From the NCBI GenBank assembly GCA_016748015.1, contig JAAOMT010000647.1, forward strand, positions 66,880 through 130,879: 64,000 bases of DNA, given 5' to 3'. The notes under the pieces were generated by a model. That model saw only the letters and a list, made by a program, of their open reading frames with translations, ran no database searches and had not been told where the DNA came from. Positions 1 through 10,920 of this stretch are shown in pieces. The stretch is from Geosiphon pyriformis uo1. Taxonomy: Eukaryota > Fungi > Glomeromycota. The position numbers and the translations under genes were made by a program. How positions within the stretch are numbered: position 1 is the stretch's first letter; every line of letters starts with the position of its first letter.

Positions 1-2468
1 ATCATGATACATTGAATAAGTAAACAAGGGCTCGGGTAAATCACGGAGCCATAATTTTAACAGGGCTGCAATACAATTAATATCTATTATGTATTCTTCC
101 GCATTCAGATCGACTGCCTCGGCATCTTGAAAGTTCCCAGTGTTATAAGAATACAAACTTTCTTGACGTTTGTACAAAAAATCAGAACAAAAAAAGAATG
201 GACTTACTTCTGTCAAATAATATTTTTAGTTTTTGAATTTGTAAAGTGGCACCTGTCAGACGATATATTCCCTGACTGTCGAGTCCTATGTATAAAATTT
301 TTTGTTAAATATGGCAAGAGAATTGGCCAACGTAATGAAAAAAGAATTTACCATGTTTTTCGATTGCTTCGGCGCACTTGACCACAATCAGCGGAAGTTC
401 GTGTCCATCACGCTCCATTTGTTCGGCTAGATCTACTCCAAAAATGTTTCTTGGATTAATAATATCTAGAACTTGGGGTGACTATATTTAGTAGATGTGA
501 AAAAATATTATTCGATTATTCACTATACCCTCGAGTTGTTTTAAACCACCTTCAAATATGTAAACACTTACTACAGAGTATTCTTCATAAGTTATATCTT
601 TTCGTTTGACCCTTCTAGCTTTCGCACCGGTTCCTACTACATATGATTCAAAATCTGCTTCATTATCAATTTGCTCAATCACCTTACGTAATGAAGGCCC
701 TTGAAAATACCGCAAAAAGATTGATTAATATATTTCACAAAATATGAAGGGTGTATATATCACGCAGGAAAAAATCGCGCCCTGTTCTGTGCGTGCTTTC
801 ATAATTACCATCTTCTGAATTGACGGGGCTGATAACCAATGCGTCGCTTACCATGGTGTTTTCAAACAGGTAAGAGTACCGTGCCAAATGATATTGCAGG
901 GCTGCATCGCATTCGTCTGCGGTATCTTTGAGGGCCTTTTTGGAAATATTAACAAGAGCAGAGTTCTTGAAAGTTCATATTTAGCGTAACAAAACATGCA
1001 CAAATGGCTTTTATGTATTAAAGCCTTACCGTAATCATGCGAGGTAGACGAACATTATAATAATCATGGCGTGTTGTGTTTGTATTTAGTAAATGTGATT
1101 TATAATTCTCGTTTGCTGCAGCCGCTTTCTTACTAGCCTCCTCTTCCATCTTTACCAACTTCAATTAAGTGTTTTTGTATTTTTAGTTAATTTTCGATAA
1201 ACAAAATAAAATTCGAGAATCAAATGTAACCATCAAAACCTGAATCGAAGTCTTCGGTTTATTGGCAAATATAGCTTTTGTTATTGTTCTTTTTGATGCA
1301 GGAATTACATCTCCATTCTTCTCTAATACTTTGCGTTCCCATTCCTCACTATGTGAATCGTATTTAAATTTAGCCTAAAAATAAAAAAATAAAAAAAAAA
1401 TCGTGATATTAAATTTTAATATATATATATTTTTTCTTAAAAGAAAATATAGACCTTCTCCAATGCTTGTTCAGCTTCCAGAATATTTTTTTCGTACTTT
1501 TGCCCGGCATCCTTGAGCTGGTGAAGATGAAAATTATTATGAGGAAAAAATAAGCAGATGAAATATGGACACTGAAGTTGACGCGTACACCCACATTTTT
1601 TCGACTTTTTTCGGTATCTTTAAAGTGTGCCGACAGCTCGTCAGATATTTTGTTAATGCCATCTGCAAAATTTAACCGATTTTCACCGATAGCTTCATGA
1701 AGTTTCATCATAGCTATCCAACTATCACCATACGTGCTATTAAAAAAGGAATTTATGACTAACTATGAATATTTATCTCGAGGTAAAAAGATTTCTTTAA
1801 AAAGTACCCTTGCTTGTTGATGTTGGTTTGATGGCTTTCTTGGATACCCCTTGCTAATTTTATCATCATGCGTCCATATTCTTCTTCAATTGCAGCTCGT
1901 TTCCTTAAAAAGAGAGCAGCTTCCTTTATACAATTTGAGTTTTGATGAGAAACAGAGGCTTAAGTTGCAAAATAAAATGATTTTTGCACAATTCACCTAC
2001 TTTACATGATTGTGCGTCTTGTCTAACCCGCTCTAATATTAATGCAAGGCCTCCCTAGTTTGAAAAAGAGAATTGTTTAATAAACAATTATCGAGCCAAT
2101 TTTGAAAATGAGCTTGAAAAACTTGACAATCTGAAGCATACTTCTATGTCACAAAGATATTTTATAACTCCTTCAGGCTCAATCACGGAATCGACAACGG
2201 TATCAGAAGTTATGCTGTCCTGGTCATAAGTTTCTAATGTTCGAAATGAGCTTATAGAGCCACCATCACCGTCAGGAGAAAGGCCCAGCGATGCTGAGGA
2301 GTTGTTGGCTTCTGTAGTAGGGTATAATGGTTGATCTTGTGCTGAGAGATGCATGGTAAGTGGTCTTGCTCTTGCTTGTGGTGAAGAAGGTAAAGGGGTA
2401 ACTTGCATAGACTTGACTTTTCTTTCGCGCTCGCTTCGTGGCGCTATTTTTTCAGAGCTGGCAAGCAT
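1..2468 (-). CDS. F-BAR (FCH) + RhoGAP domain protein, Rgd1/Rga7-like; multi-exon, 3' end lies outside the window
   Basis: Manual splicing across GT-AG introns gives F-BAR segments (EAALFLRKRAAIEEEYGR; SWIAMMKLHEAIGENRLNFA; ALKDTADECDAALQYHLARY) and RhoGAP motifs (IFGVDLAEQMERDGHELPLIVVKCAEAIEKHG; LDSQGIYRLTG with the arginine finger; IAALLKLWLRDLPEPLFT). Start ATG is 2468 or 2408. Confidence 0.88.
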
Positions 2469-2869
2469 TAAATATATCACTGTCTTGCTATTTAAAAGGG
2501 ACAAAAGGTAGTTTTAGGGGAAAACAGGAGAATGAAGTTCTGCAAATATGATAATATGGAAACCTCAAACATTATTGATACGATGCACATTACTTTATTT
2601 GTTCATTAAACTTCTAGCAGGTAGTACTAATGTGCCATTTGAACGCTCCACGCTGTAAATCAGATATATTAATAGCAGCTTTATTCAACTGAAGTGTGAA
2701 TCTTTGTCAGCTCTCACCAATTTTGGGAACTGACGTTCTGATGTTTGTGAAACCTCAAAATCCAAGATTGTCGTGATCATTTTGAATTATTTTATTTTAT
2801 TTTTCCTGAACATCGGGTAGTTGCTTTTTGGTCTCGCTAATTCGTCAGGGTGAACATAGTTGAGAACTC
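2469..2869. promoter_or_regulatory. Probable bidirectional promoter region between the RhoGAP and PPR genes
   Basis: About 400 bp between two divergent start codons. No specific motif identified; inferred from geometry only. Confidence 0.4.
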
Positions 2870-5800
2870 ATGCAAATTGCTTCAGTGCCACCCAAGACAT
2901 TCACTGGACTCGCAGGCTCAAAAATAACTTATCTGGATGTTTGCAATTTAAAATTCGAGAAAAGTGGTCGACGCTCTTATTTTACAAGCAATTACGCTTC
3001 AAGTTACACTGCGACGTTACTACCAACAAGTGCTCCTGCGACGAATATTTGGAGAGCAGGTTCATATAACGCTACCGCTACCAACACCTCTTTTCTTGCT
3101 GAATACGAAAGACAAAAGCTTTCCTATGGACACCGTTCTCAGCGTCAACAACAAGCTGTAAACACAACTTGTGCTTCTGTGAGGTATGCACGCATCCTCG
3201 CACCGTGGAGAAGAAACGGTCCAAGTAAACAGAGTTCGACTTCTAAGACTCTTAACTCGCAAGAGAGTAGATTTTGCCTCGCTCACATAACGGCGAAAAA
3301 CTTACTAAAATATAGGTCACGAAATAAGAACCTACTGTTATCAGATATAGGTTTGTGTGAATTTTCACAACCTCGCTTACCGGCACCCTTCAATTTGATA
3401 AATCAGTCAAGACGTATTCTTAGATTTGCATTTACTTTGGCACAGTCACAGGATGATAGTCGTCTAAGGCGACTCTTGCGAAATGAGCGAGCTGATGAAT
3501 CAGATCTATGGAAAACCTATTTAGATATGGTCGAAAGGGGTGTCCACAAAAAGATTGAGGACAAAATTTTTCGTGTTTTTATGAAACGAATAATAGCGAA
3601 AGAACATGGTGAAGATGCAGTAGAAAAATTATTGAGATTACGCAATGATATGAAAAAATGCAATTACCACATTTGTGAAAGCGACGACATTCTTCTGATT
3701 AAGGCCTACTTGAAAATTGATAAACTAGAGCAAGCTCGTGAAATCTTGGATCAAATAGTAAGGGGGAAACCCCAAAAAATGTCTCGCATAGAACCTCCCT
3801 TAAACGAGAGTTTGATTGGGATAATTCAAGCCTATGTAAAGGCAGGAAAATTTGAGGAAATGGCAAGCTTAATTGAGATGATGAACAGTAAATTTTCTAC
3901 CAATAAGCAACAAAAAAACTTTATTAAAATGGTCCTCCTTGATAAAATAGAAATTAATTCTATAGCTTGTTTCAATAAACTCATAGATCGATCTCTAGTC
4001 GATGTTTCATTGGCAAAGGAAACTCTGAACAAATTAATTAGTAGCTCGAGAATCAGTGAGGCCTTTGAACTCTTTAAGCAAATGGAAGCATCAGAAATGC
4101 CCTTAGACTATAATGAATGTCAAATTTTTATTTGGAAATTAATAGAAAAGGAAGAATTGGATAAAGTGGCGCAACTGCTGGACAGATACAAACGAGCCAA
4201 ACGAATCTTGGATCCAGATATATATCAAAGTGTGTTTGATATGTATGTTAGAGCTTCAAATTTCAAAAAAGCTCATGATCTAATTGAGGATGTATTGAAT
4301 GAAGGTCATAACCCGAAAATGGAATATTTCGTTCAAGTTATGAAAGGTTATGGGAAACTTGGAGAATTCAATTCAGCTCTTGAACTTTGGAACAGAATGA
4401 AAGCTGCGGCACCATTTCTAGAAGCGAGTAAACATTCAAACCTCTTAATGGATGTATATCAAGCCACGTTCGACAAGTATATTCTAGCTTCAGATTTCAA
4501 TAAAGCACATGATCTAACTGATAAAATGTTAAATGCAGGTCATCTACCGAAAGTGAAATATTTCTATCAAATCATAAAAGGTTATGCGAAACTTGGAAAT
4601 GTCAATTCGGCCCTTCAAATTTGTAAATCAATGAAATATAATGGAATTAAGCCAAGCTTTGAAGTATATGCTTCGTTGATTCAATTGTTTTGCAAGGTAA
4701 ATGATATTGAATCGATGGAAAGAGTTTACAGTCGGATGATCGAGGAAGACATTTACCCGGACTTTATAGTATATAATATTTTGATTTCGGGCTATTGTAC
4801 GCATCATGATTTAGAGAAAGCATTTAAAGTTTGTCGAAAAATGATAGAAGCTGGTTATCAACCTGATTCTTATACGTACAATTCTCTGATTTCCCTTTTT
4901 GCGAATCGAGGGGATTCTCTAGGTGCTACGATGTTATTCAATGAGATGCGTTCATATGGGATTAAGGAGAACGCCTACACCTATACATCTCTCATCGATG
5001 CTTACGCAAAAGCATCTGATTTGAAAGGAGCAGAAAAGATCTTTAAAGATATGAAAAATTCAGGTATCCAGCCACAACTTCACACGTATAATGTTTTATT
5101 GAATGCTTATACAAAAGTAAAAGATCTCGAGAAAGTTGAAAGTTTTTATGATGAAATGGTCAAGAACAGGCTTCATCTAAATAGTTACTCATATTCCTGC
5201 CTTATGGAAGCTATGTGTTCAAAAAAAAGTTTGACTTCAGCAGAGTCTTTACTGCGATCTATCAAGAAATCTGACAGACCCGGGGCATCCACATATAATG
5301 TATTAATGCACGCGTATTCACGAATTGGTAAGCTTGAAAGGGCACATGAATTATTTGAAGAAATGGTCTCTTCAAATATTAAACCAACTCTGATCACTTA
5401 TGCGATATTGATTGATGGAAATTCACGAGCAGGAAATCTAAGGGTGGCTCGATCTTTGTTGTCTGAATTGATTGAACGATCATGGATAGAATCATCTTCA
5501 TCTCGTACCCTTTCCTCGTTGTTGAAAAAAGATGAGGAACCGGATGATGGGGTGGATGAAACGAAAATATCAGATAAAAAAATAATACCACATGCTTATA
5601 TATTCACACCGATAATGAATGCCTATGCAAAAGAAGGAAGAAGTAAAGCCGCGACAAAAATATTTCATGAGATGCTCATATATGGTATTCAACCGAATGA
5701 AGTTACATACACTATATTAATGGATGGATATCGTAACTGTGGTGATTATGAGGCTGTTTGGGAAGTGTGGAAAATTTTGCGTCGAGATCTGATGAAAAGT

Positions 5801-6505
5801 AAACCGTCGAATTCATTTCCTTTGAAAACTCTAGCTGAGCCAAAGGTGACAATGAAAAAGAAAAGAAAAACAAAAAAAAGCACCAAAAATAATGCTGATA
5901 GCATAAAAATTCGGAAAGAAATGGACGAGCAAAGGCATATTATCGGATCGCCGACCATAAAGTCATTAAGAACTAATAGGTTAATAAGGCCAACTTGTCA
6001 AATTGTTTCAATTTTAATTGATGCCCTGCGCTGTGCCCAAAGATATGATTTAATCTGTCAAGAATGGAAAAAACTTGAATCCGAGGGTTACTCATTCGAT
6101 TGTACAAATTATAATCAATATGCTCAAACATTAATTTTCATGGGTAAAATTTTGGAGGCTAGCGAATTTGTGAATAAACATTTATTAAAAGGGTGGAATC
6201 GTAATATAGCATTATGGGGATTAAATGGTGAAGAAAGGGAAAAACAAAAAACAAGCATATTAACAGAGATCAGCGGGATTTATCCACAGAGAAAAACATT
6301 AAGAATGCTTAATAACGCATTTCAAGATATAAAATCTGGTAGAGGAGTTTTGGTGGATGGTCAACTCAAATATGTTGATAATTCGGTGACAACCAATCAT
6401 TCTATTATAGATTTTCAAAAAATGTACCCAGAGTTGGTATTTATTGCAAAAATGTCAGCGGGATATCAAAAATGGGTATTAAAAATAGAACAACAACAAC
6501 AATAA
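2870..6505 (+). CDS. Pentatricopeptide repeat (P-class PPR) protein, probably mitochondrial; possibly Cya5/Pet309-like translational activator
   Basis: Single 1211-aa ORF with many 35-aa PPR motifs (e.g. PDSYTYNSLISLFANRGDSLGATMLFNEMRSYGIK) and a basic, Ser/Thr/Arg-rich N-terminus. The Cya5/Pet309 orthology is inference from the C-terminal region. Confidence 0.9.
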   Translation: MQIASVPPKTFTGLAGSKITYLDVCNLKFEKSGRRSYFTSNYASSYTATLLPTSAPATNIWRAGSYNATATNTSFLAEYERQKLSYGHRSQRQQQAVNTTCASVRYARILAPWRRNGPSKQSSTSKTLNSQESRFCLAHITAKNLLKYRSRNKNLLLSDIGLCEFSQPRLPAPFNLINQSRRILRFAFTLAQSQDDSRLRRLLRNERADESDLWKTYLDMVERGVHKKIEDKIFRVFMKRIIAKEHGEDAVEKLLRLRNDMKKCNYHICESDDILLIKAYLKIDKLEQAREILDQIVRGKPQKMSRIEPPLNESLIGIIQAYVKAGKFEEMASLIEMMNSKFSTNKQQKNFIKMVLLDKIEINSIACFNKLIDRSLVDVSLAKETLNKLISSSRISEAFELFKQMEASEMPLDYNECQIFIWKLIEKEELDKVAQLLDRYKRAKRILDPDIYQSVFDMYVRASNFKKAHDLIEDVLNEGHNPKMEYFVQVMKGYGKLGEFNSALELWNRMKAAAPFLEASKHSNLLMDVYQATFDKYILASDFNKAHDLTDKMLNAGHLPKVKYFYQIIKGYAKLGNVNSALQICKSMKYNGIKPSFEVYASLIQLFCKVNDIESMERVYSRMIEEDIYPDFIVYNILISGYCTHHDLEKAFKVCRKMIEAGYQPDSYTYNSLISLFANRGDSLGATMLFNEMRSYGIKENAYTYTSLIDAYAKASDLKGAEKIFKDMKNSGIQPQLHTYNVLLNAYTKVKDLEKVESFYDEMVKNRLHLNSYSYSCLMEAMCSKKSLTSAESLLRSIKKSDRPGASTYNVLMHAYSRIGKLERAHELFEEMVSSNIKPTLITYAILIDGNSRAGNLRVARSLLSELIERSWIESSSSRTLSSLLKKDEEPDDGVDETKISDKKIIPHAYIFTPIMNAYAKEGRSKAATKIFHEMLIYGIQPNEVTYTILMDGYRNCGDYEAVWEVWKILRRDLMKSKPSNSFPLKTLAEPKVTMKKKRKTKKSTKNNADSIKIRKEMDEQRHIIGSPTIKSLRTNRLIRPTCQIVSILIDALRCAQRYDLICQEWKKLESEGYSFDCTNYNQYAQTLIFMGKILEASEFVNKHLLKGWNRNIALWGLNGEEREKQKTSILTEISGIYPQRKTLRMLNNAFQDIKSGRGVLVDGQLKYVDNSVTTNHSIIDFQKMYPELVFIAKMSAGYQKWVLKIEQQQQ

Positions 6506-6886
6506 GAATAATAATAAGAATAATAAGAATAATAATAATAACATGATCATAATAGAAATCTTGGAATTAAAAAGAGGAAATTTAATTTTTGTTTATATGG
6601 ATAACTGTTTTTTTTTATTTTGATAGGAAATTAAGAAATTTTTAATTTTTTAAACCTTTTTATATTAAAAAATATGAAGTGTTAATAATATGATACTGAT
6701 TATTAGAACGTTGTACTCATACTATTGATATCTTTCAAGGATTGCTTTGAGAACCATTATAAAAGTTGATGAAAACGCTTTTAACAATATTTTTATACTT
6801 TTATTAAGTCTTTTTTTTTTTTTAAATGGTAAGTTTTTTTCCAAATTTTTATATATAAAATTCTTTGAATTGGTTATATAAGGATA

Positions 6887-8157
6887 CAGTCTGGTAAGAA
6901 AAAAAATTGGAAAAATATGAATCTACAAAGATTGCATTTGGTTTAACTATTTTTGTAAGTTTTTTGAGGGTAAAAAATGGAAACAGAATATTAGGTAAGT
7001 GGCTGAGCTCTAAAAACATTTTCTCGCGTATTAACTAATAGTTTTTTTTAAAACTTGTCTTTTAAATGCCGACTTCAAAGCAAGAAACCCAACGACAAGT
7101 TGTATTACATTATTGGAAGCAAGGAATATGAAAGGTGAAAGAAATACAGAATAAAACGAATTTACCCCTTTCTAAAATCTATAATATCCTCAAAAAACTC
7201 AAAAAAAAAGGAACAATAAAGCATGTGAATGGTAATGGTCTGCCAAGAAAGATTACGCGAAATTCTTCGAAAGTATTAGAGGAGATTATTCGTAGAAATT
7301 CCTCAGTTTCGTCTAGATATTTAGCAATAAAGTTGGCTAAGAAAGGAATAAATGTTTCTCATGTTACTATTCAAAACCATTTATCCAATCTTAATTATAA
7401 AAAAAGTTTTCCTAAAGCAACTCCAATGCTGACTGAAGAGTATAAGCGAAAACGTGTAGAATGGGCCAAAAAACACCTGAACGACGATTGGAAAAGAACA
7501 GTTTTTACTGACGAAACAATTTTTCAACTTTTTCAAAACACGGTAAAACGTTGGCATAAAGGTACTAAACCAATTCGTCCTATGCCTAAAGATCGAACAA
7601 AAATTCTCGTGTGGGGAGGTTTCTACGAAAAAGGAAAGACTAGTTTATTCTGTTTTGTTCAAAACAATGAATACTCAATTTTATATAGATATTCTTCGTA
7701 ACTGCTTACCTGAAATTAGAGAAATGCTGGGGGATAATTGGCGATTCCAACAAGATAATGACCCCAAGCATACTAGCAAGCTTGCCAAAGATTTTATTGC
7801 TGAGAATACAACTGATTTATTGGGGTGGCCATCTAATAGTCCCGACTTAAACCCAATAGAAACCTTTGAGCTATTGTTAAAAAGAATGTAGAAAAAAGAA
7901 TGTGTCAAAATCGTAGTGAATTAGAGAGATTTATTGGGGAAGAGTGGCAAAATATTCCTGAATATATCTTAATTGGGTTAGTAGAATCAATGAGGCGACG
8001 TTGTGAAATGATAATTGAGACAAATTTCCTATTAATTTTTTTTTAATAAAATTATATGGTATTTGACTTTCTAATAAAAGTTGTTTTATGTAATTTGGCA
8101 CATTAATTAAGACATAGTAATTATTTTTATATTTCCAATTTTTTTCTTACCAGACTG
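6887..8157 (+). mobile_element. Tc1/mariner DNA transposon (DD34E), full length, inactivated
   Basis: About 27-bp TIRs (CAGTCTGGTAAGAAAAAAAATTGGAAA at 6887; TTTCCAATTTTTTTCTTACCAGACTG ending 8157) flanked by TA at 6885-6886 and 8158-8159. Confidence 0.95.
7066..8034 (+). pseudogene. Tc1 transposase pseudogene
   Basis: ATG 7066, in-frame TGA at 7129, frameshifts near 7655 and 7870. Motifs WKRTVFTDET, FQQDNDPKH, WPSNSPDLNPIE; 34 residues between the second D and E. End coordinate approximate. Confidence 0.9.
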
Positions 8158-8228
8158 TATATGGTTCTTGTATGAATATATAGTTTTTGTATGGATATAT
8201 GATTCTTGTATCAATATATGGTTCTTGT
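8158..8228. repeat. 19-bp tandem repeat (about 3.7 copies) abutting the Tc1 right end
   Basis: TATATGGTTCTTGTATGAA-like units. Confidence 0.7.
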
Positions 8229-8286
8229 TCACAAGCTAAGATTTTAACCCGCATTTGTCGGAATCCTTGTTATTCGATAAGTTGCA

Positions 8287-8289
<3 letters not shown>

Positions 8290-8332
<43 letters not shown>
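8290..8332. repeat. (TAA)n microsatellite
   Basis: Perfect trinucleotide run. Confidence 0.9.
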
Positions 8333-8333
<1 letters not shown>

Positions 8334-9627
8334 TATATCTTGTAACTAAGAAATCTTAAAAAAGTTTTGCAATAATGGTTAAAAGTATTTTGGAAATTAG
8401 TAGTTTTCCAAAACTTATGAATACCCCATGTGATTTTTTGTTTCTTTTTAAATCATTAAGAAATTAAAACAAAAGAGATAAGTTAGAGGATTAAGGATAT
8501 AAATTGAAATAATATATATATATATATATATATATATTCTTATTTTGTTATTTGGAGATGTATGGTAAAAGGAATTGAAAAAATTATTTATTTGATAATA
8601 GGAAAAAAAAACGAATAAAAAAAAATTGGCCAGTTTATATATAACATTCAGTAAAAATGATTTCTATTCACTAGTTATTAAAAAAAAAAATTTTTGAATT
8701 ATCTTGAGGTGAATTCTATTAAATTTTTTTCTCATTAAATAAGCATTCCAAGAATGGTATTTTTTAACATTTATTTCAAAAAGTATACTCTTTGGATAAA
8801 ACTTAAATAATCCTCCTCTTCTCACTTTAATTAAAATGTATAAAAAACTAATCGAGTTCTATGTAACATCAATCTAGCATTGAATTTTAATACCATGACT
8901 TATAATCATTAATTTCCTTTCCCTCATTGACATAGTCACTAATTGAGTTTGAGAGAATTTATTATATATAATGAAATTTAAGGTTATCAGTAATTCAAAA
9001 GTTTTGTGGTCATTAGATTACATTTAGAATTTGAAACAAGAAAATAAGGATAGCTTTTACTGAAACCAAGCGATAACCTCCTTTAAGAATGTGCAATCTA
9101 ATGGTAAATCCTTGTAAATCATTTTACATTATCTATAACCTTCTTTACAAAAGTTGGAATAATCAGCAATTTTTACTAAAATTATTTCTAAAGATATTCT
9201 CTCTTCTCATCATTAAAAAAGGTTAATAATTAAGAAGCCCATTTTCAAATCTACTTTTTCTTTTTAAAAGTTAGATTTTTTTACTCTTTTTATACATTTC
9301 AAAAATTTATTTAAAAATTCTTTCGTCCCAATTTCTGTTTATTTTTCTGCACAATTATTTCAATAATATTTTGAAAATAAAATTATCAATAAATCTCATA
9401 AAATATGGATCAAATCAAGTAATTTAATACATTAAAATAAAATTTTTATTCATTTTCTTCGCAAGAACAAATATTAACATTTTTAAAATTAATATAAATA
9501 TTATTAATCTAGAGATTTTTCTCTTAATTTTTTCTTTAAAAATCTCTATTTATAGAACCACATTAACAAAACTCTTGATTTCATTTCTATGATTAATTGT
9601 ATAATCTGAAGAATTAAAATATATGAA

Positions 9628-9658
<31 letters not shown>

Positions 9659-10920
9659 ATATCAAATCTAATTTATTCGAATTAAATTTTTGAGTTTTGT
9701 TTTTCTGAAAAGTTTCTTTTTTGTGTTTTTTGTTTTTGTTTTTAATATTGTTATATTATTTTTGATTATTATTTGTAAAAAAAAGTATTTTGAACATTTT
9801 TTTTTTTTTTGCAAAATCACAATTTTAATAATGCTAAATTATAATTAATACTAATAAATTTTTTAGAATCGTTAATTTATTAATTATAGATTAATTATTA
9901 TCAATTAATAATAATACATTTATTTTTAATTAATAAGTATTTTTAAATATTTATTTATATTTTTAAAAATTTTACAAAGTTTGATTGATTGATTGATTGA
10001 TATTTTCTTTGAATTTTTTTTACATATTAAATATTCTCAAATTTTTTTATCATATTATCAATATTTTTTATTATAATTATAGAAAAATTTTAAACTATGA
10101 TAAAAATAGTTATATAAAGATCTTTATTAAATTTAAATTATCTTTGATATTATCCCTTTACAATTTAACCAAGGCCTGAGTTAGAGTTATGAAAAATTAG
10201 CCTATTTAAATTAATTGAATTGATCACTCATGTAAAAAATTTGTATGAAAAACTTTTATTTAAAGATTTAAAGCTTAGATAAAAAAAAAGTATTTATTTA
10301 CTCATATCATTCCAACTTTCCCCCCCCCCGTGGCTTTACTAAAATAACAATTAATAATCAACTAAAAAAATATTTTTTTTCTAATCGAAAAGATATTCAT
10401 AAAATAAAATATAACCGTCTAACTAGAAAACTAATTAATTAAACTAAAAAAGTTATATAACTTGAAAGAGTTCTAACAAAGGTAAATATATCATAGTTCA
10501 TTACGCGGAAAACGATTATCAGTTCCCCATATATATATATATATATAATTTATAAGTCATTATTAAGCCCCAAAAAGTTTTAATTATATTTCCCTATTGT
10601 CATTACTATTTTCAACCTAAATCGAAACCAAATAGCCCCATTCTTTGGGAGCTGTGCAATCAGATCTTGAAAAAATATCAGCGATAAAATAAAATAGAAT
10701 GATCTTGTTCTGGGGCAATTCATTCCGTACTCTATTTCACGATTACTTTCGACGGTAAACAATTAAAATTGGTCCAGCGTTTAATAACTAGTAAAAGCTT
10801 AACCCATTTAGGAATTTGATTCAGCAGAATTATAGATTGGAATCCTATTTATAAGCATGACGAACTCTTCTCCACAAATTATTAAAAATTTTATAACCCC
10901 CTTTATCTTGTTTGAACATC

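Noticed and set aside
8600-9620. Possible decayed coding sequence on the minus strand
   Set aside because: No recognisable motif or sustained frame.
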